Source: a virus
Lineage: Duplodnaviria > Caudoviricetes
Length of the DNA stretch: 51,921 bases
IMG/VR virus record: IMGVR_UViG_3300025251_001815
Location: 1 to 51,921 of that record
Direction: 5' to 3' (one strand)
Of the stretch, positions 30,118-38,781 are shown in pieces. The notes below the pieces were generated by a model, which had not been told where the DNA came from, searched no databases, and saw nothing but the letters and a program-made list of their open reading frames with translations. The stretch's first letter is position 1, and each line of letters begins with the position of its first letter. The position numbers were made by a program, and so were the translations under genes.

Positions 30118-30498
30118 TTACCTTTTGGCCTTTATGGCCTTTACAACGCCCGCCGCTCTTGCGAGGCCAGGAATCTCCGACAGCTTTGTCATGCTTATGC
30201 CAGGATTTCCCTTGTCTTTTTGTTGAACTCTATCCGCCGATACATCCTTGAACACATCAACGCCACCTAGCGTCTCGCCTCCAATACCATCCAAGAGCCT
30301 CTTCCTTGTCTCCGCTAACCTGCTGTAATTAGGCTCTTCATTCGGTTTGGGTGTGTTTGTTTTTGCTTCGTTAATTATTTGCTTGCCTGCGGTTACCCCC
30401 GTCGCAATCTCTGAAATCAGAGGCGATAAAAAGTTTTCCTCAAAAACTATTTCTCGAATGCATTCTTTTATTATGCCTTTTAACTGCTTTTTCGTCAT
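30118..30498 (-). CDS. Hypothetical protein (head module)
   Basis: N-terminal MTKKQLKGIIKECIREIVFEE motif shared with neighbours. Confidence 0.7.
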   Translation of the reverse strand: MTKKQLKGIIKECIREIVFEENFLSPLISEIATGVTAGKQIINEAKTNTPKPNEEPNYSRLAETRKRLLDGIGGETLGGVDVFKDVSADRVQQKDKGNPGISMTKLSEIPGLARAAGVVKAIKAKR

Positions 30499-30499
30499 A

Positions 30500-31219
30500 T
30501 TAATATCCTGCGGGGTACTGTTTCATTTTTTCGTGCGATTGTCTCAAATTAGTATTTCCAAGGGCTATGCTGCCTGCGTGCCTTCCCGTATGTCTTGGAG
30601 GCTCTGCATCGTCGCTTAACTTGATTTCAAATCTCGGCTTGTGAACCGCATAAAACTTCAAAAAGCCATTATGCGCCTCTTTATATCTTTGAAAAAACGG
30701 GTCTAGTTGTTCATAAAAATATTTACTTGTATTATCATTGAAGTTTTCAAGGTGCCCAACCGCTTCAGACAACGAAAAGGCCATATTCGACAGCAAATCA
30801 TACTCATCCGAATAGAAAACCTTGTTTCTGGACGTCATCTGATTAGCGCCATCATAATCCGGTGAATCTTCAGAGTTTTCAATCATTTCGGCCCTAAATT
30901 TTAGTATATAATAGTACAGAGGGAGCGCCTCGTTTAGTTTAATGGCCTCTAGGTCTTCTAATTCTAACTTATTCCTAGGGTCTCCAAAAAGATTATTAAA
31001 AACCTGGACCGAGAGCCTTAAAAAGGAGTGATCAAGCTCCTTTTCATTATACATTTTTTCTAGCTCTATGACCTCTCTTGATAGGCTACGAAGCTTGCTG
31101 GCAACAGTCGCAAACTGGACCTTATAAAGAGACGACAACGAACGGGCTTCAAACAAGACCTCCTCTATTGCTTCCTTTACCAACTCTTTTAAGTGTGTTT
31201 TTGTAACTTTTACACTCAT
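30500..31219 (-). CDS. Hypothetical protein, possible internal head protein
   Basis: N-terminal KVTKTHLKELVKEAIEEVLFE motif; coupled to the protease gene. Confidence 0.7.
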   Translation of the reverse strand: MSVKVTKTHLKELVKEAIEEVLFEARSLSSLYKVQFATVASKLRSLSREVIELEKMYNEKELDHSFLRLSVQVFNNLFGDPRNKLELEDLEAIKLNEALPLYYYILKFRAEMIENSEDSPDYDGANQMTSRNKVFYSDEYDLLSNMAFSLSEAVGHLENFNDNTSKYFYEQLDPFFQRYKEAHNGFLKFYAVHKPRFEIKLSDDAEPPRHTGRHAGSIALGNTNLRQSHEKMKQYPAGY

Positions 31220-31818
31220 TATTCGTTATTTTCCTCTAAAATGTCATTAATCGCTCGATTGATCCTATCTGCCTTTGTGGCTTCAAAATCTTCCTTTCCC
31301 TCTCTAAGCATAAACGCGCCGGCAGTAGATGGCTCAGTCACCAAATCAAAACAAATAAGGTGAAAATCCTCATTCACCATTGTTTTATCGCCTTGTTTAT
31401 CAGTTGAACCAAGACCTCTAGAGGAAATTCCAAATTTAACGCCTCCCTCTAAAAGACCTCTGGCAATACCGCCAGCGGGGGTGTTTAAAATCTTTATCTT
31501 ACCCTTAACATCGTCTTTATCCCACCAAACATCGGTTACCAAGTGAGATACGTTTTTCATTTCTATAACAGAGGTATCGGGATGATCTAATTCACCAACA
31601 GAACGACCTTCGCGAATTAGTTTTTCGTAATTTCTCATTTCTCGCTCTAAGACCTTTTTAGGATAAACTCTGCCATTTGCGTTTTCGGCATCTGCGCGCT
31701 GTAAGACACCCGCCATTATCAACTCGCCCTCATTAAGAGACGCACGATCTTCTTCTGTCAAAAGATCCGGTTCATTTTCCCATTGTAGAAATTCTTTAAT
31801 TAAAAGTTTGTCGCTCAT
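31219..31818 (-). CDS. Prohead maturation protease (T4 gp21-like)
   Basis: NANGRVYP, GELDHP, NVSH, ILNTPAG, GISSRGLGS, FDLVTEPST. Confidence 0.95.
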   Translation of the reverse strand: MSDKLLIKEFLQWENEPDLLTEEDRASLNEGELIMAGVLQRADAENANGRVYPKKVLEREMRNYEKLIREGRSVGELDHPDTSVIEMKNVSHLVTDVWWDKDDVKGKIKILNTPAGGIARGLLEGGVKFGISSRGLGSTDKQGDKTMVNEDFHLICFDLVTEPSTAGAFMLREGKEDFEATKADRINRAINDILEENNE

Positions 31819-31834
31819 AGTATTATCCTCAGAA

Positions 31835-31842
31835 TAAATAGT
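31835..31842 (-). promoter_or_regulatory. Putative late promoter ACTATTTA
   Basis: Octamer variant 16 nt upstream of the protease start, with GAGGA RBS in between. Confidence 0.62.
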
Positions 31843-31847
31843 TTCTT

Positions 31848-33707
31848 TTATCTCTTTTTTCTACCACCAGGGATTCTTCTCACTCCGGGCCTTCTTAGGG
31901 ACCCCATCTTCTTTTTGGGCTTCTCCGGTGCTGCCTGTTGGGCTATACTCGGTAGTTTAGGCTCTAAGGGTTCAATATCTTCCGGGGATGTAAGCTCTTC
32001 ACCAACATCCGCACTCTCAACTCCGGCGAGTTCTTCAGGGGCTTCTTCTATCGCCCCTTCTTCTCCCCCATAAAGTTGTTGCATGAACTGCTCGGGCGTC
32101 ATCTGCGCCACGTCTTCCCAAGGGTCTTCCTCTTCTCTTGCCTTCTTCTTTTTGCGCTCAGTGGGCTCTGCCTTTGTAACTTCAAAGGTGGCGATTTCCT
32201 CGGCGAGTTCTTCGGCTCCCATCTTTGAATTATATTCGACACCAAGCCTACGAGCCATATTGCGCAATCTCATAAGCTTGCCCCGATCGGACAATTCGGC
32301 CACCCAAGCCAACAACTCATTCGCTCTATCGACAATAAGATTATTTTCTTCAACACTACCGGGCTCAGGGGCTTCCTCTGGGATTTCGACTGGCTCCGGA
32401 ATAGACTCTTCTACAGCAGGAGAGGGAGGGCCAGGCTCTCCAGGGGTAACAGGCTCGGTGGGTTCCTCTGCGGGCTCTCCAGGGGTTGCTTCTACAGCTT
32501 CATCGGGTATGACTTCATCGGGTATGACTTCATCAGGCGGTGCTTCTACCGCCTCTTCAGGCACAATCTCTTCCAAGGGTGCCTCTGCTTCCAGCGATTC
32601 AGGCTCCTCTTCCGGAGCAGCAGCGGGCACGTTAAAGAGAGCTTCAACTATTCTAGGTACTGTCCCTTTTCTACCACCCCTGATCTTGACTTCTAATTCC
32701 CTTGCCATTTTTTTAACGTCAGTCCAAGAATACTTGCTTTTGTCCATAAGTGCCGCCGTAGCTTCTTCAGGGCTCATATCTCTCAGAGCCGGCTTTTCAC
32801 CCTCAAGAGGGAGTTCCATCTGTCTCTCATCAGGCTCCATCGGGGGCCTTTCCGCAATATCTCTAAACATATTACTGGATGCCGGGGCTCCCGCTTTGGC
32901 CTCCTCGGCGTACTCTCTAACTGCCTTTACCGCATCTTGGGGGTTAAGGGAGATTTGTCTAAAATAGTCCCTTAGGGCGTCAACTGGGTCATCCAAGACC
33001 TCATCCGTTCCCCTTGTTAGGGAGGACAGGGACAGATCCCCCTTCAGTAGGCCCAGCAGCCCATCGACCAACATCTTATAATCGTTAGTTCTGTATCTTT
33101 CTGAGTCGAAATTCTGTTCATTAGCATACCTTTCTAGTCCAATCATAAAATCCGGGAGTTGCAAATTATCAAATTCTTTTGCAAATGCCGGTTTGTTAAG
33201 GGAAAATTCAGAGATCACATGAAAGAAATTTTCCTTGCCAAGTCTTCTAACCAAGGCAATCCCAGCAAGATTGGCAGCCGCAGAATCCTCTAAGCGCTTT
33301 GCGAACTCGTTTGCATATACATCCAGCGCCTGCCTAGTGTTTAGGCTCTGTTCCTTCTCGGAATCAGTATCAGGCACTTCCCTTTCTTTGGCCGCGTTGG
33401 TTACCGTTACAAATGAGGTTATAATATCTTGTAATATTTTTTGATGGTCCTTCGACCCATAGCCGCCCTGGTAATACCTATTAATAAACGCCTTAAGCAG
33501 ATTATACAAGTTTCTAAACTCTGGGTTTAATGCGACGTCCTCATTTCCTACCGAGTCTCTAAACTCCTGGTAGCTTGGAAAATCTCCTCGAACATCTTCG
33601 AACAAAAGATTGCGCTCACGCAAAAAATAATATAATTCCTTGCAGACTATATTTTCAACCCGACTTTCTTTTATTTGAAACTCAACCTTGTTCATAGCAA
33701 ATAACAA
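31848..33707 (-). CDS. Acidic Pro/Glu-rich hypothetical protein with two small helical (Rho-N/SAP/HeH-like) modules
   Basis: 619 aa. WTDVKKMARELEV...IVEAL and LMRLRNMARRLGV...LAEEI modules separated by low-complexity linkers; basic C-terminus. True start may be the second Met (33695). Confidence 0.7.
   Translation of the reverse strand: MLFAMNKVEFQIKESRVENIVCKELYYFLRERNLLFEDVRGDFPSYQEFRDSVGNEDVALNPEFRNLYNLLKAFINRYYQGGYGSKDHQKILQDIITSFVTVTNAAKEREVPDTDSEKEQSLNTRQALDVYANEFAKRLEDSAAANLAGIALVRRLGKENFFHVISEFSLNKPAFAKEFDNLQLPDFMIGLERYANEQNFDSERYRTNDYKMLVDGLLGLLKGDLSLSSLTRGTDEVLDDPVDALRDYFRQISLNPQDAVKAVREYAEEAKAGAPASSNMFRDIAERPPMEPDERQMELPLEGEKPALRDMSPEEATAALMDKSKYSWTDVKKMARELEVKIRGGRKGTVPRIVEALFNVPAAAPEEEPESLEAEAPLEEIVPEEAVEAPPDEVIPDEVIPDEAVEATPGEPAEEPTEPVTPGEPGPPSPAVEESIPEPVEIPEEAPEPGSVEENNLIVDRANELLAWVAELSDRGKLMRLRNMARRLGVEYNSKMGAEELAEEIATFEVTKAEPTERKKKKAREEEDPWEDVAQMTPEQFMQQLYGGEEGAIEEAPEELAGVESADVGEELTSPEDIEPLEPKLPSIAQQAAPEKPKKKMGSLRRPGVRRIPGGRKKR
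32498..32534. repeat. 15-bp tandem repeat, about 2.5 copies (cttcatcgggtatga), encoding PDEVI
   Basis: Read directly from the sequence. Confidence 0.85.
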
Positions 33708-34099
33708 CTCACTAAATAATTGTCTTCATCGTCTTCTTTGTACCATTCAACCTGTACGTTACTATCCGACGGGCCGACTAGGAACTGATCCGGGCGCTTA
33801 AATCCCACATCAAACTTAATATTACCAAATCTTGACGTTATCGCATTTGCCGGAACCCCCTGGCCCGCATGCTCCGGCTTTAATACATAGCCATAGTCAT
33901 CCAAAATAGAATAAACTAGATCGAGCGCCTGCTGTACATTCTTCATGGAGGTTTCCCCATCCATCCCCTCTGAGCGAAACGCGCTATTGATCATAAATTT
34001 AATTGAAGGAAAGATGGTGTGTGCCGTTTCCTCCTTCAAGCGTTCTGTTTCTTCTTTCAATAGTTCACTATATTTTTCTTTATTTATTTTAATATCCAT
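33692..34099 (-). CDS. Hypothetical protein
   Basis: Start at ATG 34099 (MDIKINKEKYSELLKEE...), carrying the shared N-terminal motif. Confidence 0.7.
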   Translation of the reverse strand: MDIKINKEKYSELLKEETERLKEETAHTIFPSIKFMINSAFRSEGMDGETSMKNVQQALDLVYSILDDYGYVLKPEHAGQGVPANAITSRFGNIKFDVGFKRPDQFLVGPSDSNVQVEWYKEDDEDNYLVSCYLL

Positions 34100-34101
34100 A
34101 G

Positions 34102-34155
34102 TCAACAACCGTTTTTACACCTTCTAACGGGTCGAATTCTCCAGTTCCTAGACAT
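34102..34155 (-). CDS. 17-aa basic, Cys-containing micropeptide MSRNWRIRPVRRCKNGC
   Basis: Hand translation. Fills the intergenic gap, has a GAGAGGA RBS and an ACTAATTA motif 18 nt upstream. Confidence 0.55.
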   Translation of the reverse strand: MSRNWRIRPVRRCKNGC

Positions 34156-34159
34156 ATTG

Positions 34160-37117
34160 TTAATCCTCTCGTTTAATTAGTGTTTTAAATTCTTTCAAAA
34201 TTGTATTTTTTCTATTGATTTCTTTATTAAAGGTTATAAACTTTTGTTCTTTATTTATAGATTCTTTTTTTAATTCTTTTTTCATCCCTCGCCACTGGTA
34301 TCGTTTAAACTCCCTGGGATCCATCGCCATAAGTCTTTTAAACTTTTTTACATTACCCTGGGCTTCCATCCATGCCATCGCTGCCATCTTCTGGGCGTCT
34401 GCCCTGTCCAGCCGCTGTCTTTGTGCACTACTCATTTCAGACCGATCTCGTGCCTTACCTCCTTTGGTAATGCGGTATTCGCGTCCTGGCCCAGTTCTTC
34501 GTCCATAATGACGATATTCGTCATCTTTAAAATCAAACGGCACAGGACCTTCGGGAGGAAGACCAGGAGGCCCACTTGGGCCTCTTGCCGGTAGTTCTGC
34601 TCTGGGTTCTGCGCTCCATTGAGGAAGCCGAGCGAGCTTTTTCTCATACTTTTTCTGCTCCCCTTGAAATACTTTCTGTTCTTCCTTATTCAAACCATCA
34701 GAGTGAAATCTAGGATAAATTATCTTTCTTCTTGTTATTTTTCCCTCCTCATCTCGCTCAACTTCTCTTCGAGGAGACTCATACCTATATTTGGCCCTAG
34801 GTTTGCTCGGGGATACCACAGGCAGGACCGGGCCGGGTTGTTCTGGTGCTTTATCCAACCAACCGAAAAACTCTTCCGGATCTATCTGTTTATAAACCCT
34901 TTGAAATTCTAATTTTTCGCTATCAGTCGGCTCTCTACCCGCGTAGGAAAACAACTCATGCGTACCGGTCGCCTTATTAAATTTTATTCTGGAATCCTGT
35001 GGATACATGGACAGCATAATATTGGCCTTGGATTTTCTATACGATAGGCTATCTTTTCTACCACCAGAACGAGCCAAAGCAGACCTTCCGCCCGTAAGGT
35101 ACCCTCTGGCCAGTGTTGAAGCCAACTGTCTTGCTAGTTGCCCCTTTCCAACGAGCGACGCCAGGGGGCCCTTCTTCTCTGTGTATTCAGTTGCTCCAGG
35201 TCCTGTTGTTACTTGGACACCCCCGGGTAGATTTTTTAGTGCCGCAACCCGCTCATCATAAAATTTTGATGGGATGACCCCGACCTCTTCGGCTCTTCTT
35301 GGTTCAGGCTCTCTAACGGGATCAAAGTCTTCAAGGCCCTGTGGGGACTTCCTAGCGGTATCGGGTAAGACCGGATAGCGCGTATCTAGATCTTTTAACC
35401 TATTAATAATCGTGTATAGGCCCATTTCAGGCCTTCGGTCATCGCCTGAGCGTCCATGGTCAAACCTAGCAAAATAATCTTTGATTTTTTCCGGGCTCTG
35501 CGTTTCTTTCAAATTTTTATAGTAATCAGTCCCCAAAAAAGTCGACCAAAGCAAGGCAGGTTTTGAAACCTTTATATTGTTAGCTACGGCTATTTTGTGG
35601 CCCCTTGCCATAACATCCGCAATTGGTATGTTAAAAACTGGATTGCCACCAGGACCAACAAGCGCCCCGTTAGTATCCGACATAAACCCTGTTTGCCTGT
35701 CTACCTGGGTGAGGTCCTTTGCTCCCGTGCTCTTAAGGTGGCTTAAAACCTTATTGTAACGATTCTGTAAGAATTGTTCTTCCGCCACATTAAGCATCTC
35801 ATCGGAAATCTGTTCCGCAGTAAACGTCTTAACGCTCTTGGTAGGGTACGGGAGGCCGCTGGACGCTCCTCCCGCCAAAGACCATTCCCTCCTGGCGTTC
35901 TCCCTATTTTGGTTTGCCTCTGTAGAGAGGTTCTCTAGCGCGCTTCGTCTAAGTGCTCCCGTCTGCTCTCTGTATTCGGCGGGAACTTCATAGCCTTTAT
36001 ATTTCTCTTTTAGAGCCCCGTGAACTGCTCCCCAATAACCCTTGTCAATCGTCATAAATGGCTTCAAACCCAATTTAGAGAGGAGTTTGGCTGCACCAAG
36101 TTGCACGTCCGCCTGGGGAACGCCCCTCTTTTTAAGGAAATCCGCAATCGATGGCTCGGCCCCCAAGAATTCCTTTGAGGGTTCAAATTGTATTTCACTA
36201 GTTTCCTCGTAAGTAACCTCCGGTCCCTGACCAGTATAGCTCCAGGACGGATGTATATATCCTTTCGTTTCTGAATCTTTAAGCCAGGACGTTGCGAGAT
36301 GCGGAGGTGCCTCCGGTGCCTTGTCCTTCTTTGAGCGTCGTGTTCTATATTTAATTGGCTCCGGGGGTTTCATGGGCCTCATGGGCTGAAGTGGTCTCGC
36401 ATATTCTCCACGTCCGCCATCCACAGGCTCTAGCTTAGAAGCGCCACGAGGAAGGGTTGTACTGGGGAGCCTTTCGGTCCCCGGGTGGTCATGTGGCGAC
36501 ACTAGGACCCTAAATCTATGGCCCTCCGGAGTCTTGAAGCTGACATGGGTGGGTTCACTTAGTTTCTTCCAGTTGCCCGGAACAGTGGGATCATAAAACT
36601 TCTGCGCAAGAAGCGCCGGCAAGTGTCTTTCCGCAAAATTCAAGACCTTATCCTTGTCATAATCAGCACCAGCCTTTTTGGGCTTGGTTCCTGCCATCTG
36701 ATAATCAAACATCCCCTCTGGTAACTCAACAGCTTTCTTAGGGTGCTTTACATACGGCACTCTTTTCCCGGTGCTGGTCACAAACTCCGCCTGGACAGGA
36801 AAGTTTATCCTCTTCATCGCCCCTCTCGGATCAGTATGAGCGCGCGCCGCGTGCGACTCAATATTATCCGCAACCTCTTGACGCTCTAGGTCAGTAAAAC
36901 CTTCCCAATCAAAACCTCCTGTCGCCCCGGATGGGTCTGCCATCTTTCCAACTGTCCAGCCTTCGACATTGGCTCCTTCCATGGCCTTTGGGGTAAAGGC
37001 CTCCCTTCCCGGAAGGCCCTTAATCGTTTGTTGTGCCTTGAACTTCTCCGCAGCAGACAACGGGCGGTCACCAAAGTAGCCCAAAGCCTCCTCTTCTTTC
37101 AGCAGCTTAAACTTCAT
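34160..37117 (-). CDS. Large (985-aa) K/R/P/G-rich hypothetical protein
   Basis: Long intact ORF with its own late-type motif; no domain recognised. Confidence 0.75.
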   Translation of the reverse strand: MKFKLLKEEEALGYFGDRPLSAAEKFKAQQTIKGLPGREAFTPKAMEGANVEGWTVGKMADPSGATGGFDWEGFTDLERQEVADNIESHAARAHTDPRGAMKRINFPVQAEFVTSTGKRVPYVKHPKKAVELPEGMFDYQMAGTKPKKAGADYDKDKVLNFAERHLPALLAQKFYDPTVPGNWKKLSEPTHVSFKTPEGHRFRVLVSPHDHPGTERLPSTTLPRGASKLEPVDGGRGEYARPLQPMRPMKPPEPIKYRTRRSKKDKAPEAPPHLATSWLKDSETKGYIHPSWSYTGQGPEVTYEETSEIQFEPSKEFLGAEPSIADFLKKRGVPQADVQLGAAKLLSKLGLKPFMTIDKGYWGAVHGALKEKYKGYEVPAEYREQTGALRRSALENLSTEANQNRENARREWSLAGGASSGLPYPTKSVKTFTAEQISDEMLNVAEEQFLQNRYNKVLSHLKSTGAKDLTQVDRQTGFMSDTNGALVGPGGNPVFNIPIADVMARGHKIAVANNIKVSKPALLWSTFLGTDYYKNLKETQSPEKIKDYFARFDHGRSGDDRRPEMGLYTIINRLKDLDTRYPVLPDTARKSPQGLEDFDPVREPEPRRAEEVGVIPSKFYDERVAALKNLPGGVQVTTGPGATEYTEKKGPLASLVGKGQLARQLASTLARGYLTGGRSALARSGGRKDSLSYRKSKANIMLSMYPQDSRIKFNKATGTHELFSYAGREPTDSEKLEFQRVYKQIDPEEFFGWLDKAPEQPGPVLPVVSPSKPRAKYRYESPRREVERDEEGKITRRKIIYPRFHSDGLNKEEQKVFQGEQKKYEKKLARLPQWSAEPRAELPARGPSGPPGLPPEGPVPFDFKDDEYRHYGRRTGPGREYRITKGGKARDRSEMSSAQRQRLDRADAQKMAAMAWMEAQGNVKKFKRLMAMDPREFKRYQWRGMKKELKKESINKEQKFITFNKEINRKNTILKEFKTLIKRED
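34174..34181 (-). promoter_or_regulatory. Putative late promoter ACTAATTA within the 3' end of the 985-aa gene
   Basis: Exact octamer just upstream of the micro-ORF RBS. Confidence 0.5.
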
Positions 37118-37122
37118 GTATA

Positions 37123-37130
37123 TAATTAGT
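37123..37130 (-). promoter_or_regulatory. Putative late promoter ACTAATTA, 5 nt before the ATG
   Basis: Minus strand ACTAATTA-TATAC-ATG; overlaps the upstream stop codon. Confidence 0.6.
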
Positions 37131-37422
37131 TCTTTGGTTTCGTATAATTAACGTTGATTCCAAAATCATCAAATACTGAACTTAAAGCATGTGACGCAGC
37201 AGAGCTTATGCAAGATAAAACAAAGGCATTACCGAGCGTGTATTCAAAGCTAAAGAGGTTCGTAAGTCCATTTAGCAGGAATAAAAGTAGCCCCGCGTGA
37301 AAACCCATACACATCGTACAATGAAAGAAATAGTGATGCGGCCTTATAGGCTCAAATACCTTCCCGTGAACCAGCAACTGTGTTAGGCCCCACGCACATA
37401 GGATAAAATACAATAATTCCAT
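37126..37422 (-). CDS. Small multi-pass membrane protein with CxxC (DUF1360-like)
   Basis: Three hydrophobic segments; FFHCTMCMGFHAG. Confidence 0.65.
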   Translation of the reverse strand: MELLYFILCAWGLTQLLVHGKVFEPIRPHHYFFHCTMCMGFHAGLLLFLLNGLTNLFSFEYTLGNAFVLSCISSAASHALSSVFDDFGINVNYTKPKN

Positions 37423-37433
37423 TTTTAATCCGC

Positions 37434-37958
37434 TTAATAAAAATAACCAAAATATCCACCATACTTGCCGTATGGCTTCTCGGGTATAGAGCCTTTCTTG
37501 CCCCCCTGGGGTATTTCTCCTAATTCAGTGGAATCTTCTTCGCTCGGATCAAAATACCACTCTTCAATATCATCTTCATATTTTTTAATATTATCGTACA
37601 GTTCTTTCTCGCTCTCAATAAATTCAGCTATCGCCAATAAAAGAGCTTTTATCGGATAAACATCCTCGCTTTCGGGAAAGCGCGCCTCAATACTGCCAAA
37701 CATTGTTCCGCCTTGTTCCGATCCGACTACCGTCAGCCCCTTTGAAAAAAGGTGATCAAATAGATCCTTCTGGGCGTCATACGTATCTTCGTCGACTCGG
37801 CTCTTCGGAATTGCAATAATTTTTCGCTCAGCGGGAGCGATAATAATATTAAAAAACGGATGATCCTTGATTAGTATCTTGTTTTCAAGAGTCTTCGAGA
37901 TCTGAAGCTGGAACTCATGGCCTTCTTCCGCATCAATATTTGATAAGACAATTTTCAC
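37434..37958 (-). CDS. Hypothetical protein
   Basis: 174-aa ORF coupled to neighbours; Tyr/Gly-rich C-terminus. Confidence 0.7.
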   Translation of the reverse strand: MKIVLSNIDAEEGHEFQLQISKTLENKILIKDHPFFNIIIAPAERKIIAIPKSRVDEDTYDAQKDLFDHLFSKGLTVVGSEQGGTMFGSIEARFPESEDVYPIKALLLAIAEFIESEKELYDNIKKYEDDIEEWYFDPSEEDSTELGEIPQGGKKGSIPEKPYGKYGGYFGYFY

Positions 37959-38770
37959 TATACCGTTACCTCGTGGGCCAACCTTTGGAGCTTCATGATT
38001 TCAATAATAAGATTGTCAGAAACCTCTTGATCAAGTAAGTCATCTAGCTTTCCCATAACCAACTTGAAGCCTTCAGCCATCATCGAATCGCTCTTTATTT
38101 CTTTTATTTCAACAGCCCCCCCTAAGACTTCTCTTACCCTATTCATTTCGCCATCCACAAATAGCTTAAAGTCGACGCCATCGTTTGTAAAGGACATAAT
38201 GTGACACCTCAAGAGTTCCTTTTGTTCCTCCAGAAGCTCATCGTACTGCGTATTATAATTTTCTACGAATTTTTCATATACCAAATTATCCAGTTCTTTA
38301 AAGCTATTCTTGTCATCTTCCGAAGACTCGACAAGCCTTTTCAATATGCCTCTTTCTAACAAGACCCTGTTTTTTATACTAGTTTTTTCGTTAAAGATTT
38401 GCGATATAGTCGCTAGATGTCTATAGTTCGGAATAAAATTGGAAAAAACTCGCTTTCCAAACCCCTTATTAATTGCGTTAATGAGTTTTGTTTGTTCTTC
38501 AAAAATTATATCTTTATTTAGTTCAAGATGCGCCATTCTTGCCGAGTGTACCAGCTTCTCCGCCGTAAACAAATCAATACCTTTTGTTTCGTATAGAGCT
38601 TCATATAGTTCAAGCTCCCTGCCAAGAGTTTTACTTTTTGAAAAATATGCCTTTACAAGCTTGTTTAGTCCCTTTGCACGCTCCACATCTTCATTCATTG
38701 AAGCCACAGTCATTTCCCGAATAAGACACTCGAAAAGAAATGCTGTATTCCTGCGTTTATTGTGCTTCAT
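37958..38770 (-). CDS. Hypothetical protein downstream of portal (possible prohead core component)
   Basis: 270-aa helical protein with AGGGAG RBS; adjacent to the portal gene. Confidence 0.7.
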   Translation of the reverse strand: MKHNKRRNTAFLFECLIREMTVASMNEDVERAKGLNKLVKAYFSKSKTLGRELELYEALYETKGIDLFTAEKLVHSARMAHLELNKDIIFEEQTKLINAINKGFGKRVFSNFIPNYRHLATISQIFNEKTSIKNRVLLERGILKRLVESSEDDKNSFKELDNLVYEKFVENYNTQYDELLEEQKELLRCHIMSFTNDGVDFKLFVDGEMNRVREVLGGAVEIKEIKSDSMMAEGFKLVMGKLDDLLDQEVSDNLIIEIMKLQRLAHEVTV

Positions 38771-38781
38771 TCATATACTCC

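Noticed and set aside
28690-32534. Short repeats as a CRISPR array or DGR template/variable repeats
   Set aside because: Only 2-2.5 copies each, in frame within low-complexity coding regions; no spacers, cas genes or reverse transcriptase.
34102-34104. TGA after the micropeptide's Cys as a selenocysteine codon
   Set aside because: No SECIS-like hairpin is evident downstream, and the next gene starts 2 nt later in another frame.
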